This document shows positions 15,560 to 27,300 of a DNA stretch of 64,000 nt, piece by piece. The position numbers and the translations under genes are program-made. The stretch's first letter is position 1. Every line of letters starts with the position of its first letter. A model generated the notes under the pieces. It was not told the origin of the DNA. It ran no database searches and was given only the letters and a program-made list of their open reading frames with translations. The DNA is from an uncultured virus (IMG/VR IMGVR_UViG_3300033121_001607) (lineage: Duplodnaviria > Heunggongvirae > Uroviricota > Caudoviricetes), in IMG/VR virus record IMGVR_UViG_3300033121_001607; one strand, given 5' to 3'.

Positions 15560-16271
15560 CTTTCATCCTTTTCTTAAGGGCAGACATTACAGCATTGTGA
15601 TCGGCTAGCTGCATTGTTTTATTTTTTCTAGTCATGCCGCATGGATTCACTCTGTACTTGATCAGATAATCTTGCAAGTTTGCAAACTTCTTGCCGCACA
15701 AACTCGCTCTGCACCAAAAGTCTAAATCATGCGCATACTTAATTTTATTATCAGGGGAATAACCTCCAACCTCTCTGTAGCCCGATAGTCTGTACATAGA
15801 ACTTGGATTGATAATCGGACATTTTGATTGAAGCATAAGCATTCTCACGATTTCTTTGTGAGAAGCTGGAGGAAAATCCCAATCTCCAATAAAATTTCCC
15901 AATAAATCAATCTTTTTAGCCCTACCTCCAACACAAAAAATATCAGGATTTTCTTCAAGATAGTTGAACTGTAACTCAAGACGATTTGACATGCTTACGT
16001 CATCGGCGTCATGAATCGCAATATACTCTGTAATAGCTAAATCTATCGCCTCTTTAGACCTGGCTAAAACTCCCCTATTTTCTTGATAATCAACAAAGCG
16101 TATTCTTGGATCAGTAAAAGACTTAATTATTTCTGAGGTTCCGTCTGTAGAGCCATCATTGATAATAATGAACTCAAAATCTGAAAACGATTGCCCCAAA
16201 ATAGACAAGATAGACTCTTTTATGAGTCTTTCGCAGTTGTAAGCAGGAGTTATAACACTTATCCTAGCCAT
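15546..16271 (-). CDS. Glycosyltransferase family 2
   Basis: ISVITPAYN, IINDGSTD, IAIHDADD and HDLDFW. Confidence 0.93.
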   Translation of the reverse strand: MARISVITPAYNCERLIKESILSILGQSFSDFEFIIINDGSTDGTSEIIKSFTDPRIRFVDYQENRGVLARSKEAIDLAITEYIAIHDADDVSMSNRLELQFNYLEENPDIFCVGGRAKKIDLLGNFIGDWDFPPASHKEIVRMLMLQSKCPIINPSSMYRLSGYREVGGYSPDNKIKYAHDLDFWCRASLCGKKFANLQDYLIKYRVNPCGMTRKNKTMQLADHNAVMSALKKRMKDVKL

Positions 16272-17386
16272 GTTTTCTTTGAATTGAAAAAATCACTATA
16301 TTTCTCTCTAATCTCATTCCAATTATAATCGGCAAGAACATTTTGATATCCGTCTTTGCCCAGCGAATCTGCAAGAGACTTATCAGAAAGAAGCTCATCT
16401 ATATGCTTCTCAAAAGCCAAAGAAACAGAGGCGTCAAACTTTTTCATCTCTCTCGGCCCCAACGCTGAATCAACACAAAAACCACCCTTCAAATCAGCAA
16501 CATGACCAACGTTCAAAGCAATCCACGGTCTCTTAGCAGCCATTGCCTCTAAAAGAACTATCGGCCCACACTCTTGTTGAGACGGAAAAATAAAGACATC
16601 GCTTGCAAAATAAGACTGAACAACATGAGATCTTGGAATATCGTTCAAAAACCTTACAGGAAGCCCTCGACATTGATGAGTAATCATTTCTCTCAGTCTA
16701 TTACCCGGCTGAAAAGCAAGCGTTGAAGATATGAAGACAAATGTAAAATCCTTGCGCTTCTTATTTAGTTTAGCTATGATTGGAGTCAAAAATTCCTGGC
16801 CCTTTCCAGGGAAAAAATTAGAAACACAAAGCAGCATTCTTTCCGTGTTTATACCATAATGAGATTTGAAGTCAAAATCGGACTTAACAAACTCATTCAT
16901 ATCAACCGAGTTATGAATTATTCTAACAGGAATTCCCCAGTCTTTACAAGTCTTAGCATCAATATAAGACTCGGCATGGGCTAAGACCTTGAAATGCTTA
17001 TAATTGCGTCTAAAAAGCTCAGCAGAGGCCTTATGCTGGGGCAATTCCGATCTCATTCTATTCATTCCAACAAGAGCAATGCTTTTATCAGAGTTGATTT
17101 TCTCAAGGTTCTTCAGTATAGCTGGCCACATAAAGAACCAATCGCTGTAAACCATAATATGATCAGCGGCCTCAGAAATAAGAAGCTCCATAAATTGTTG
17201 TTCATTCAAAGAGCCAACAGGAACAACTTTGACGCCATTGTGATATGCAGAATAAGAACCATGTTGGCAAAATACAGTACACAAATTGCCTTTAGAAGCA
17301 ATATATTCGGTTATCTGTTGAACTATTCGCTCGGCTCCACCTGTATGAAAAGGTTGAGCAAAATTTGTACAAACGATAAGTTTCAT
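16259..17386 (-). CDS. Glycosyltransferase family 4 (GT-B)
   Basis: GGAER, IHNSVD, KGQE and DVFIFPSQQECGPIVLLEAMA (EX7E motif). Confidence 0.92.
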   Translation of the reverse strand: MKLIVCTNFAQPFHTGGAERIVQQITEYIASKGNLCTVFCQHGSYSAYHNGVKVVPVGSLNEQQFMELLISEAADHIMVYSDWFFMWPAILKNLEKINSDKSIALVGMNRMRSELPQHKASAELFRRNYKHFKVLAHAESYIDAKTCKDWGIPVRIIHNSVDMNEFVKSDFDFKSHYGINTERMLLCVSNFFPGKGQEFLTPIIAKLNKKRKDFTFVFISSTLAFQPGNRLREMITHQCRGLPVRFLNDIPRSHVVQSYFASDVFIFPSQQECGPIVLLEAMAAKRPWIALNVGHVADLKGGFCVDSALGPREMKKFDASVSLAFEKHIDELLSDKSLADSLGKDGYQNVLADYNWNEIREKYSDFFNSKKTWLG

Positions 17387-17387
17387 A

Positions 17388-18098
17388 TTATCTCATTGGC
17401 AAAAATGTCTTACCAGCCCATTTCTTCTTAAACTTATCGTAACTCTGCGTAAAAAACTTCATCCTATCCTTATCTTTACCCAAGGTCTGATGAGGTAAGT
17501 GGTCTATTTTTGCTAGATTATTCCAGCCTATTTTGAAACCAGCCTCTCTTGCTCTAAAATTGAAATCAGGATCTTCAAAATAAGCAGGATTAAACTGCTC
17601 GTCAAAAAGACCTAGCCTATCAACAACTTCTTTCTTTACCATCATTCCACCGCAACCAACATATGTATATGGGTCGCCTTTTTTCTTGCAGTTGTGCCTT
17701 GGCATAAAGCTCGAATCCATAAGCCAAGCGTCCGCTCCAACCAAATCATAACTACCGCTTTCCATAAACTCATGATACTGCTCAAGCCATCCCGCTCGAA
17801 CAAATTGGTCATTATCAAGAAAGCACAAAAGTTCTGTTGGGTCAGATTGATAAAGAGCGTAACCCATGTTACGCCCGCCAATAACCCCAAGATTCCGATC
17901 GTTTATAACAAGAGTGTGTCTCTCAAACATAGAGAGAGCGTCCGTCAAATACTCTTTTGTTCCGTCCGTAGAACCGTTGTCAATCATAATAAGATTGAAA
18001 GCAGAAGGCTCCGTGTATTTGAAAAGTAGCTCTATAAATTTCTCCGTCACGGCCTTGCCGTTATAGGAGAGAACTACTACGGTTACTTGCTTCGTCAT
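17388..18098 (-). CDS. Glycosyltransferase family 2
   Basis: VVVLSYN, IDNGSTD, GRNMG, FLDND and LFDEQFNPAYFEDPDFNFR. Confidence 0.93.
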   Translation of the reverse strand: MTKQVTVVVLSYNGKAVTEKFIELLFKYTEPSAFNLIMIDNGSTDGTKEYLTDALSMFERHTLVINDRNLGVIGGRNMGYALYQSDPTELLCFLDNDQFVRAGWLEQYHEFMESGSYDLVGADAWLMDSSFMPRHNCKKKGDPYTYVGCGGMMVKKEVVDRLGLFDEQFNPAYFEDPDFNFRAREAGFKIGWNNLAKIDHLPHQTLGKDKDRMKFFTQSYDKFKKKWAGKTFLPMR

Positions 18099-18099
18099 T

Positions 18100-18303
18100 T
18101 TACATTCGGTTTACTTTATCAAGCTTCAAAAGATCAGCGTCAGAAATCTCGCCTGTCTGGCAAAACTTCTTGATTTTGTCCAAAGAAACACCAGACATCT
18201 GCGCTATTACTTCGCAGTCATTACCCATAAAAGACAGTTCTTGTCTCATGGCTTCTTTAGATTGCAATAAATTCAGCTTCTTTACAGTTTTCTTCTTCGC
18301 CAT
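18100..18303 (-). CDS. Small Cro/XRE-like HTH protein
   Basis: EVIAQMSGVSLDKIKKF...ISDADLLKL; strong AGGAGG SD. Confidence 0.6.
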   Translation of the reverse strand: MAKKKTVKKLNLLQSKEAMRQELSFMGNDCEVIAQMSGVSLDKIKKFCQTGEISDADLLKLDKVNRM

Positions 18304-18311
18304 ATACCCTC

Positions 18312-21300
18312 CTATACTATTTCAACAGTATTCGATTGGGTTGCCGTACCTACGCTAATGCCGTCAAACGGGATTACTTCGGCTTTCCATCTCTGACCAG
18401 AAGCAGTATTCACAGCCGGAACAATTCGAACATTCTGCAAAGAAGAAACCTCTTCAAATGTAGATGAACCACTCAAAGCCCTAAACCATCTAATTGAACT
18501 CTGGTCATTCTGAGTGCTTCCCTGCTGCTGAGATTCAGCATCAACATAGGTATACGTCAACTGTAAAGCAGACGCAGAAGAAGCGGTTGGACTCGGCGAC
18601 ACGGTTACGTTTCTAACCGTAGGAGGATCGTTCTCTACGGAAACGGCAGCGCTTGTTACTGGATTTCCAATAATATTTTGAGAAGCAGGAAGTATTGTAA
18701 CTTCAAGAACATTACCAATAGCAATACCAACAATGTTATTCTTGACTTCACCAGGTATAATTTCGTTATTGGATATTCCACCAACCGTAATACCAAGGTC
18801 TCCTCTCTTGAACTCAACTCCGTTGACATACCAAATAATCTGAGAGCTAGTATTACCGTCGCCGTCTTGGAAGTATGCAAAATCAGCAAACGCCCTTGTC
18901 GTTGTTGTTACAGTATCTTGTACTGTTCCGTCGTTCTTCTTCCCCTTGATTGTTATAGTTGTTATGAATGGAGGAGCCTCTATTGCAGTAACAGAAGGGG
19001 AGCGTACAACATCGCTAAACAAAATTCCATCGCTAGCCTTAATCGTCGCATAAACAACATCTCCAACCTTCAATATACTTTCTCCCTTTTCTCTTGCATA
19101 TTGCTCATAACTTGTTCCAGCAGGAACATTTTCAGGTCTAAATGACAAAGCATAAACCCATATTGGATCATTAATGTCATTGATGTTATTCCAAGTTCTT
19201 AGGTTGCGCAAGTATTCTATTTCAACTCCATTGATATACCAGCGTATAATGGTTTGGTCTGTATCCTCGCTTCTCTGATTAATGTCAAAATACTTGTAAG
19301 ACAAGCTAATCGACTGATAAATCGTTAGCGTACTTGGGGCAACTCTAAAGCTAGTAATAGTTGGAGGCCTCTGCGACAATGGAGGCGGCAAGAAAACATT
19401 AGTGTTGTACATATACGCAACACCGTCTATCTCAACAGGATTGTAAGAATCCATATTGAGTATTCTAACCCCAAGCCTTAGATTTCCTGAATTCTCTATT
19501 GAAACAGAGAATGGCCCGAGTTGCTTAGAAGAGAATACAACAAGTCCTTCTTTAGGATAAAGTTCATATCCGTCAGAAGCAATAGCTTCTCCGTCTTTAT
19601 CGAGAATAGCTACTCTTGAAGTAACGTCCCATTTACCATATCTGGCCTTCCACATAAAACCATTAATATTGTCAAGAGGTTCATTAAGAGTTGTATCCTG
19701 CTCTTGATTGTAACGAATAGGTATGAATATTTTTCCATATCTATCCGAAGCAGGTTGAGCGCCGCTATAATAATCAGACCAGTTATAGGAAGAACTTGTT
19801 GTCGCTCCAACCTGTATGGTGCTAAGATCGGGCTTATTGGCAGATACCGCAACGGCTATTTGCTGAGGGCTAAAATCAGTTGTTTCTGGTTTCAAGTATA
19901 TAAAGCTTTCAGTTGGTACGCTATACTTGATATTGATAGCGGTTAGAGCGGGAACTCCGGGCGTTGGAACAAGATCATATTCGTTCTCTATATAAGAACT
20001 CAATCCGCTCAAAAGCGTAACCTTAAACTTGATGTATCTAGCATTGACATTTACAAGCGATATTTCTGTATTAGGATTGAACGAGTCGCTGTAATCAGAA
20101 TAGTTAAAGCCGTCTTCGCTTGTTGCCATCTTCCAGCCGCCGTCCGTATTTGGGTATAGCTCATAATCCAGAGATACGGTATTGATAATGCTATTCTTAT
20201 TCAAGTCAATAATGCACTCATATAGTCCCCAACCGATTGAGCCTTCTACTCGACCCAATGAGTTGTTCAATATCTCATCAATATAAGCGGCGTCTAAAAT
20301 AGTCTGGCTTTGTCCGCCAGTCTGGTTGGCAATAGCGTCTAGGGAGTCTGTGTCTGTTCGACTTACCAATGCTGATAAAGTTACAGGGAAAACAACAGAG
20401 AAGTTATTGATAACAACAGGAACCTTACCAAAACCGTCAATTGCTTGAACGTCCTGTATCGCAGTATCAGATGTATTAATTGAAAGATTCTCTTCGTTAT
20501 CCGTATTGACGTAAATAACCTTAGCATATTGATCGAGATCTTCGTCAAGCATGATTGCTGCGTTTTTAACAAGAGCATCATAGAGCGGCGAAGCTCCAAA
20601 AGGAATTTCGTTTCTAAGCCTTGTTAGACCCTTAGCCATGTCCTCGAATTCTCCGTTCTCAACATGAACGATAATCTGAGGTATCCATTCAATATCGCTG
20701 AAATATTGTACCTCAGGACTTTCTAGCTGAGGGGTTTGCGGAGGATTAAGATCAAAAACCGGGTTATCGTTCTCTTTTAGAGATTGGTCAATGGGTTGAT
20801 TATTTTCAGAATCCCTTCCTGGATTGTAGTTATTTTCATTGGAACTTTGTTCAACAGCTTGGCTTCCTTCAACGCTTCGGCATCCTTCGAATTCTTGGAT
20901 ATTTCCACTACTAGAAGATCCTCCCGAATTGTCATTACCTGAATCTGGTGAAGAATCAGTCGAACCGCCCGTTGTGTTATTCGTTATAGAATCTTCATTG
21001 TCTTTGATATCTATTACTGTTTGACCGTAATAGAAGTCGTCAATAACCGTTATACGAACTTTAATGGCATAAGGATTTCTAACTTCACCTTCCTTAATAA
21101 GAAGAGTATTATTGCCTTCATTTCCGCCCTCGCCAGCAACAGTGTCCTGTATGCCAAGCTTCTCTTTAATCTCAGATATTTTCTTCAAAATATCATCCGC
21201 TCTTGGGAGCATAATGGTAGACGCAACGCCGTTGTAAATGTAAAAATCATTTGAACTAAAGACAACAGGATAAACAAGAGCGTCTCTAATCGCTTGATTA

Positions 21301-24300
21301 TCAGATTGTTGCTGAGATTGGTCCCCGCCGGTGACTTTATTTTCTATTTGCGAATTCGGGAATAAAAGCACACCTTGAACCAGGACTCTAACTCCTTTAT
21401 TTGGATGCTCTCCTACATCATTAAGCAACTCTATTGAAACGGTTGCTGATTGTTTACCATCAAGACGAATATAAGAAGGGCTTACTCTTGCTTTAATTTG
21501 CAGGAATCCGGCTGGACGACCGCTTGTAAGGCCTCCGCAAGAATAAACATATCTCCAGTTATCGCTAGAACAACCAAATGCTGTCTTAGCTATAGGCATT
21601 CTTTCGCCTTCAGCATATGAATATACAGGAGAACTCTCAGTAATTATATCAAGAATATTAAGAACTTGAGATTTATCGCTTGTCCCGCCCAAAAAATAGT
21701 GCTGGTCTAAAATGCTAACACAAGATCCTCTATATCTGGGAGAGGGGATTTGCCTGTAGATATAGTCGTCAAGTACAATTTCAAGCGTATCTAAATCTAT
21801 TTCAAATGAGTCTGTAATAAACTGTAAAGGCTGTTCGCCTGTTTCCTCATTTTTCTCGCCCGGTATTGCTCCGCCAACAACATGAATCTTTGCCTGATCT
21901 GCTTCTACAAATGCAAATGGAGAAACCCTGCTGTAAAGAATCAAATCTTCATCAACAAACTGATTACTCCAACTCCATGTTAGAGTCTCAAAATCGAAAA
22001 CCAAAACTCTATCATTAACGGCGTCAATGCTGCCTCTAGTCCCTATCTTTCTTATACCTCCAATAATATATGCTTTACCATTTGAAACGACGCAAGCGCC
22101 TAAAGCAACTCCATATGTATTTTGGTCGAATACAGGCATTGGAGAGAGTTCTTCCCAGGTATTATTATCAATGTCGTATCTTTCAACCGAACTAGAAATT
22201 ACAAGTTCTGTTCCATTAGCCGTTATACCCCCAAAAACATATATATAACCATAATCCTGAACTGCCATATGATAAAATCTTGGCGTATTCATTGACTTCT
22301 TAATATGCCATTTATCCTCGCCAATATCATACATCTCATTATAAGACAAAATGGATTTGCCATTAAGACCGCCTATAGCGAATAATCTTTCACCATAAGC
22401 GTCAAAGTCCCAGCTTGTCGTCAAGCAACCTCTTGGATAGTTCATGGAAGCTTTTGCTGCCCACTCATTAGTGTAAGTATCATAAACATCAAGGGTAGCG
22501 CTAAAGACGTTGCTAATTTCACCTTCTGGTTTATCCTCAGGGCCTTCCTCTTTTGGCTGAGAGGGATCATACTTGATGCTAACACAACAAGTCATACTGC
22601 GTTCAACGTCGCCCCTCTTATCATAATTTGTTTCTGCTTGAACTTGAGCTTCAAAAGCCGACTCAGGACCAAAAGGAGCAACAAAGAACGACGCAAAACT
22701 TCTAACATCACCTTCAGGATTTAATATTGAATCATTGAGTTTTTCTGTAAAAATTGTATCATTTTGTAATATGATCTTTTCTGCATTCTTACCGCCAATA
22801 GTTAAGAAAACAGGAGTTCCATTAGGAACAGGACGAGCTTTGAATGTTACTTCAAGAACAAACTCATGAACAGCAACTCCGTCGCAAAGAAGCTTCTCAA
22901 CAGACTGTCCATTTCTTCTTATGTCAACAACAGATATATCAAGAGGCTCTTTCAAATCAATAGTTGTTGGAGGGATACCCGTCTTTAGATCGCCACCGCC
23001 GCGAAGATACCTTGTTTCTCCATTAAAATTGATAGTCGTTCTACCATCAATAACGGATAGTCCTTCTTTCTTAATTAAACCTGGTGGAACTTCTATACAA
23101 TCGCAAGAATTCGAAGACTGATTAGGATCTCCATTATCATTCCCTGAACCCGAATCAGGCTGAGGTCTTCCTACAAACTTGTTTATTCTCAAGTAGAAAG
23201 TTGTTGTTTCACCAGACTGAACGAGAGGAATTTGCGCAAAGCCTTCAGATTGATTTGCATTATTAACAATATACTCTTCTATGTCTTCATCATAAACAAC
23301 TTCTAAGTTATCACCATATAGTATTTCAAAACTATCACCAGATTCTATTTCGACTATCTGTCCATTATCAAGAACAAAGATCGGTCTATTAGCGTTCTCT
23401 GCGCATTGTCTGAAACAATCAGCCGTAGAGCCAACAGTTATATTTGGATCATGATAAACGGTGCAGCGAACAAGACTATATCCATCAGCATAAAGCGTGT
23501 TTACATATTGAGGCATGTCCATGAGAAATCTTGAACCAAAACCTCTTCCTCCAAAATTAGCGGGATAGATAATGGCCGGTCTTTCTTCAAAAGCGCTAAG
23601 GCCGTCATAAACAATCGAAGCCTTGATGGCGTAAAGCTCAGGAAGATAGACAATATTGCCTGGGCATGGTATATAGAGTTCCCATGTAACTCCGCAAGCA
23701 GGACCAAAGAAGATTTTTCTTGCCATACCACCTTTTGTATAAGAAAAAACACCCGGTCCCGATGGTACATTATCTGTTGAATAGAATGGTCTATCCTTGG
23801 CGTTTCTTCCTTTTCTTAGATTCCAACGAACAATTTGCTGATCAGTAACGGGAATTTTTCTTGGTTTATCAATATTGGGGCTATCTGGATCAATGAGATA
23901 AATATTAGCCATCTGTTCAGAAACATCAATACAGTTTGATTCTGGCGGCTCTATCGTTGTTTCAACTCTTAAAATATTCTCGAAGACTATATACATCTTC
24001 TTGCGAGCATAATAACCATTAAAACCAACCTTTGTAAAGAGCATTATTGCTTGAGGAGTTTTTGGAACGCGAAGAGGGATGTCCGTGTATGTAACTTGCC
24101 TTGTTGTTCCATCATTCAATCTCTGCAATCCAATTCTAAGAGGGATCGAAGTCGCAGGAGGCTGAACTGATCGGCTTCGCCTCGTTGAAAATGTTGGAAC
24201 AAATGGTTCTTTTTCATTTGAACCACCTGTTTGAGAACACGGATTACTTCCTGATGATTTATCAGGATCGCATTGAGGATCAGAAGCTTCAAAAACTGCA

Positions 24301-27300
24301 ACACCACAGTTTCCTCCGTCAGGTAATGCCTGTCCTCTATAAGTAACAACAACTCTAGCCATAAAAGGCCTTGAACGGCGAATCCAACAGCCATTAAACT
24401 CAGCAAACTTATCAGGATCAAAAAGAAGACCACCAGAAGATATAAACTCCTGATCATCAAGAGGAACGGTTTGTTTACACAATATTTTAACTATATCACC
24501 ACTACCAGAAGCCTGATTATCTGGTAAAGGAGCGGTTGTTGAGACAGCGGATCTTCTTCTCTTAGATTTTCTTCGAGTTCCAGAACTTGTTATAGTTCCA
24601 AAATTTGCAGCATTATCACCTATATTAACAAGCTCCATAGCAAATGGATTTCTCATTTCTATAGTTACAGGCAATGATTCAAATTGGAAAGCATTCTCAG
24701 AAGGATTATCCCTATTAGGAATTCCATACGAAACATTTATCTGAGCAGAAAGAGAATTTATAGCAGAAAGTATATCAAGATCAGGTGTCATTCTAAACAC
24801 ACCTCTTATGAGACCGTTTCCGATAACCGTAGAAGAAAGAACATAACAATCTTTTGCTTCTGGAATTAAAGCGGTTGTACCAACAACGTCACCAAATACG
24901 TCTTCTGCAAGTTGTGCAGAATCAACGTTTGCTTTAACAGAAAACTTAATTTTACTTGCATCGGAAATAGGAGCGCCATATTCGTCTGTTATTTCAGCAT
25001 ACAAGGCGACTCGCTGATCAAACCACGCTTCAATCTCTTTCTGAAATTTAACAGGAGCGTCCCAGCCAAGACTTATCGCGTTTTCATTAACAACTTCATA
25101 TCTAAATTGCTTAACTTCAAGAAGCGGTATTCCTTCTTCGTCTGCGTCATCGAGGGGAACTGCTGAAACATAAACGGGATCAGACAAATTGCCATATCTA
25201 TCTGCGGCAACAATCGCATAGTAATTTACAATCTCATTTTCAAGATTTCTGTCAACAAATTCTATTTGACTTGGATTCCCGCTAAAAACCAATAATGCAG
25301 AAAAACTAACCCCATCGTCATTATTAATGATTGGCGGACCCGTATCAGACCAATAGACAAAAACTTGCTCAACAATGCTGTTATTAATTGCATTCCATGT
25401 CAAATATGTCTTATGATTACCCGCTCTAATCTGAACATTTTCAACAGCCCCAATAAAAGGCGTTGTTATGGCCTCGTTTCTATCGTCTTTACTCTTAAAA
25501 GCAGGAATCTTAATAGACAAAATAGGAGAATCAGAATCTAAACTAAAATTTCCTATAATATTTTGTGAATAAATACGAAAATTGTAAATTCTATCATGAA
25601 CATAATCAAAAGGAAGCGTTACAACAAAATCACCTGGCGCTGAATCTGTTTCGTAAACCAAATCTCCGTCTTCCTCATTTGAGGGTTTTTCTCCAAAGCC
25701 TTCAAAAACAAGAACAGGTTCGCCAAAGGAACCGTCGCTATTTACAGGTGTTTGATAAGAAAACATACCAACACCGGCTTCGGCTTTTCTTATAACACGA
25801 ACCTTGCCTCCCTCAAAATTATAATCATCAGGTACGGAGTATTTAACAGCAACGATTCTATCTCCATTATCCAATACCTTATCAGAAACTCTTTCATAAC
25901 GAACTGCGGCAGACGCAATATAATTTGCAGATCGAATAGTATCATGAACGCTTATTTCAGTAAGCTTACCAAAGAAATGAGAGGCTTTTCCTCCAAGATA
26001 TATATGCATTGGCTCTTGGCTGTAATAACCCAAAGCCGTCAAAGAACCGCCGCCAGCTTCAACTCCATTAACATAGAACGTCGCAGTAAGAGCCAAGAAA
26101 TCAACAGTAACAGCAACGTGACTCCATGCATTCGCTGTCAAAGCGATATTGGAAGAAGCGAATGTTAGATCGTCAAATGTAAAGAATAATGTTCCGTCAG
26201 TATTTGTTCCAAACCTAAACGACATCTTATCTAAAGAGTTGGTCTCTCTAGATATAATGCTTCTCTTATCTAAGAAATTAAAAGGATACGCCCAGGCCAT
26301 GAAGGTGTATTTTGTCTTAATGAACTTACCTTCTTCGTCGTACCCTAAAAGCTTAGTATCAACTCCGTCGAATCTAATACCACTAATGCCGCTTGGAACA
26401 TCATTATTGTTGAGCCAAACAACATCTTCGCTTGAAGACAAAAGAACAGGATTGTCGCTAAAATCATATGCAAATGTTCCTGTTGATTCATTAAGATGCC
26501 AAAGTCCAATGGTATTAGAATCTCTTTTAGCACCTGAACCCGTAATTGTTCTATAAGTAAAACCGCCAACTCCATGAGGATAAATCTTGACTCTAGGAGA
26601 AGCCTTCAAGAACCTACCATTGCTGAAAGTGCCATTTGAATCAAAAGTATATGCGGCGTAGTAGTATTGTTCGTTTTCTTCAAGTTCGTCGTCAAATGCT
26701 CTTTCGACAAAACCTTCCGTAACTATATCGCCGTCAAGAGGCCCTGTAGGATAAGCCCCAAGCTTTCTAATAATTCGAACACCAGCGTAACCGCTTTCCT
26801 GATCCGCGAAAAAGGCAGAAGCAACATCTGCTGTATTATTTGTATTTATCTGATCAGTCTCTACGACTGCAAAGAAATTCAACTTAATAGGAGTAGATCC
26901 AAGACTTAGGAGATTATACTTAACTTCACCGGGATAGGTCGCTTCAAGCCTATCAATCATCCGTCTTGTTATCTCGTGTCTTAGTCCGCCGCTATCATTC
27001 CAGCTAAGAGAACCGCTTTGATCCATAACAATAGAAACTAATCTATCGGGAAGATTCAAGGCAACCTTATTTGTAGCTGAATCAATATCAACTATCTTGG
27101 TTTGTAAAAATACAGGCTCTAGATCGTCTATGTCAAACTTTTGAACAACTTTTGCTGCAACAGCCGACGCTGGAACAATCAACTTACAAGCGTTCTCGTC
27201 TATAGAATCTCTAAAAGAGTAAAATCTAATAGCGTAATTTCTGGTACAATCAAGATTCCAAATTTTTAAAGATGAATCATATGATAGAGAGCAAGAAACG

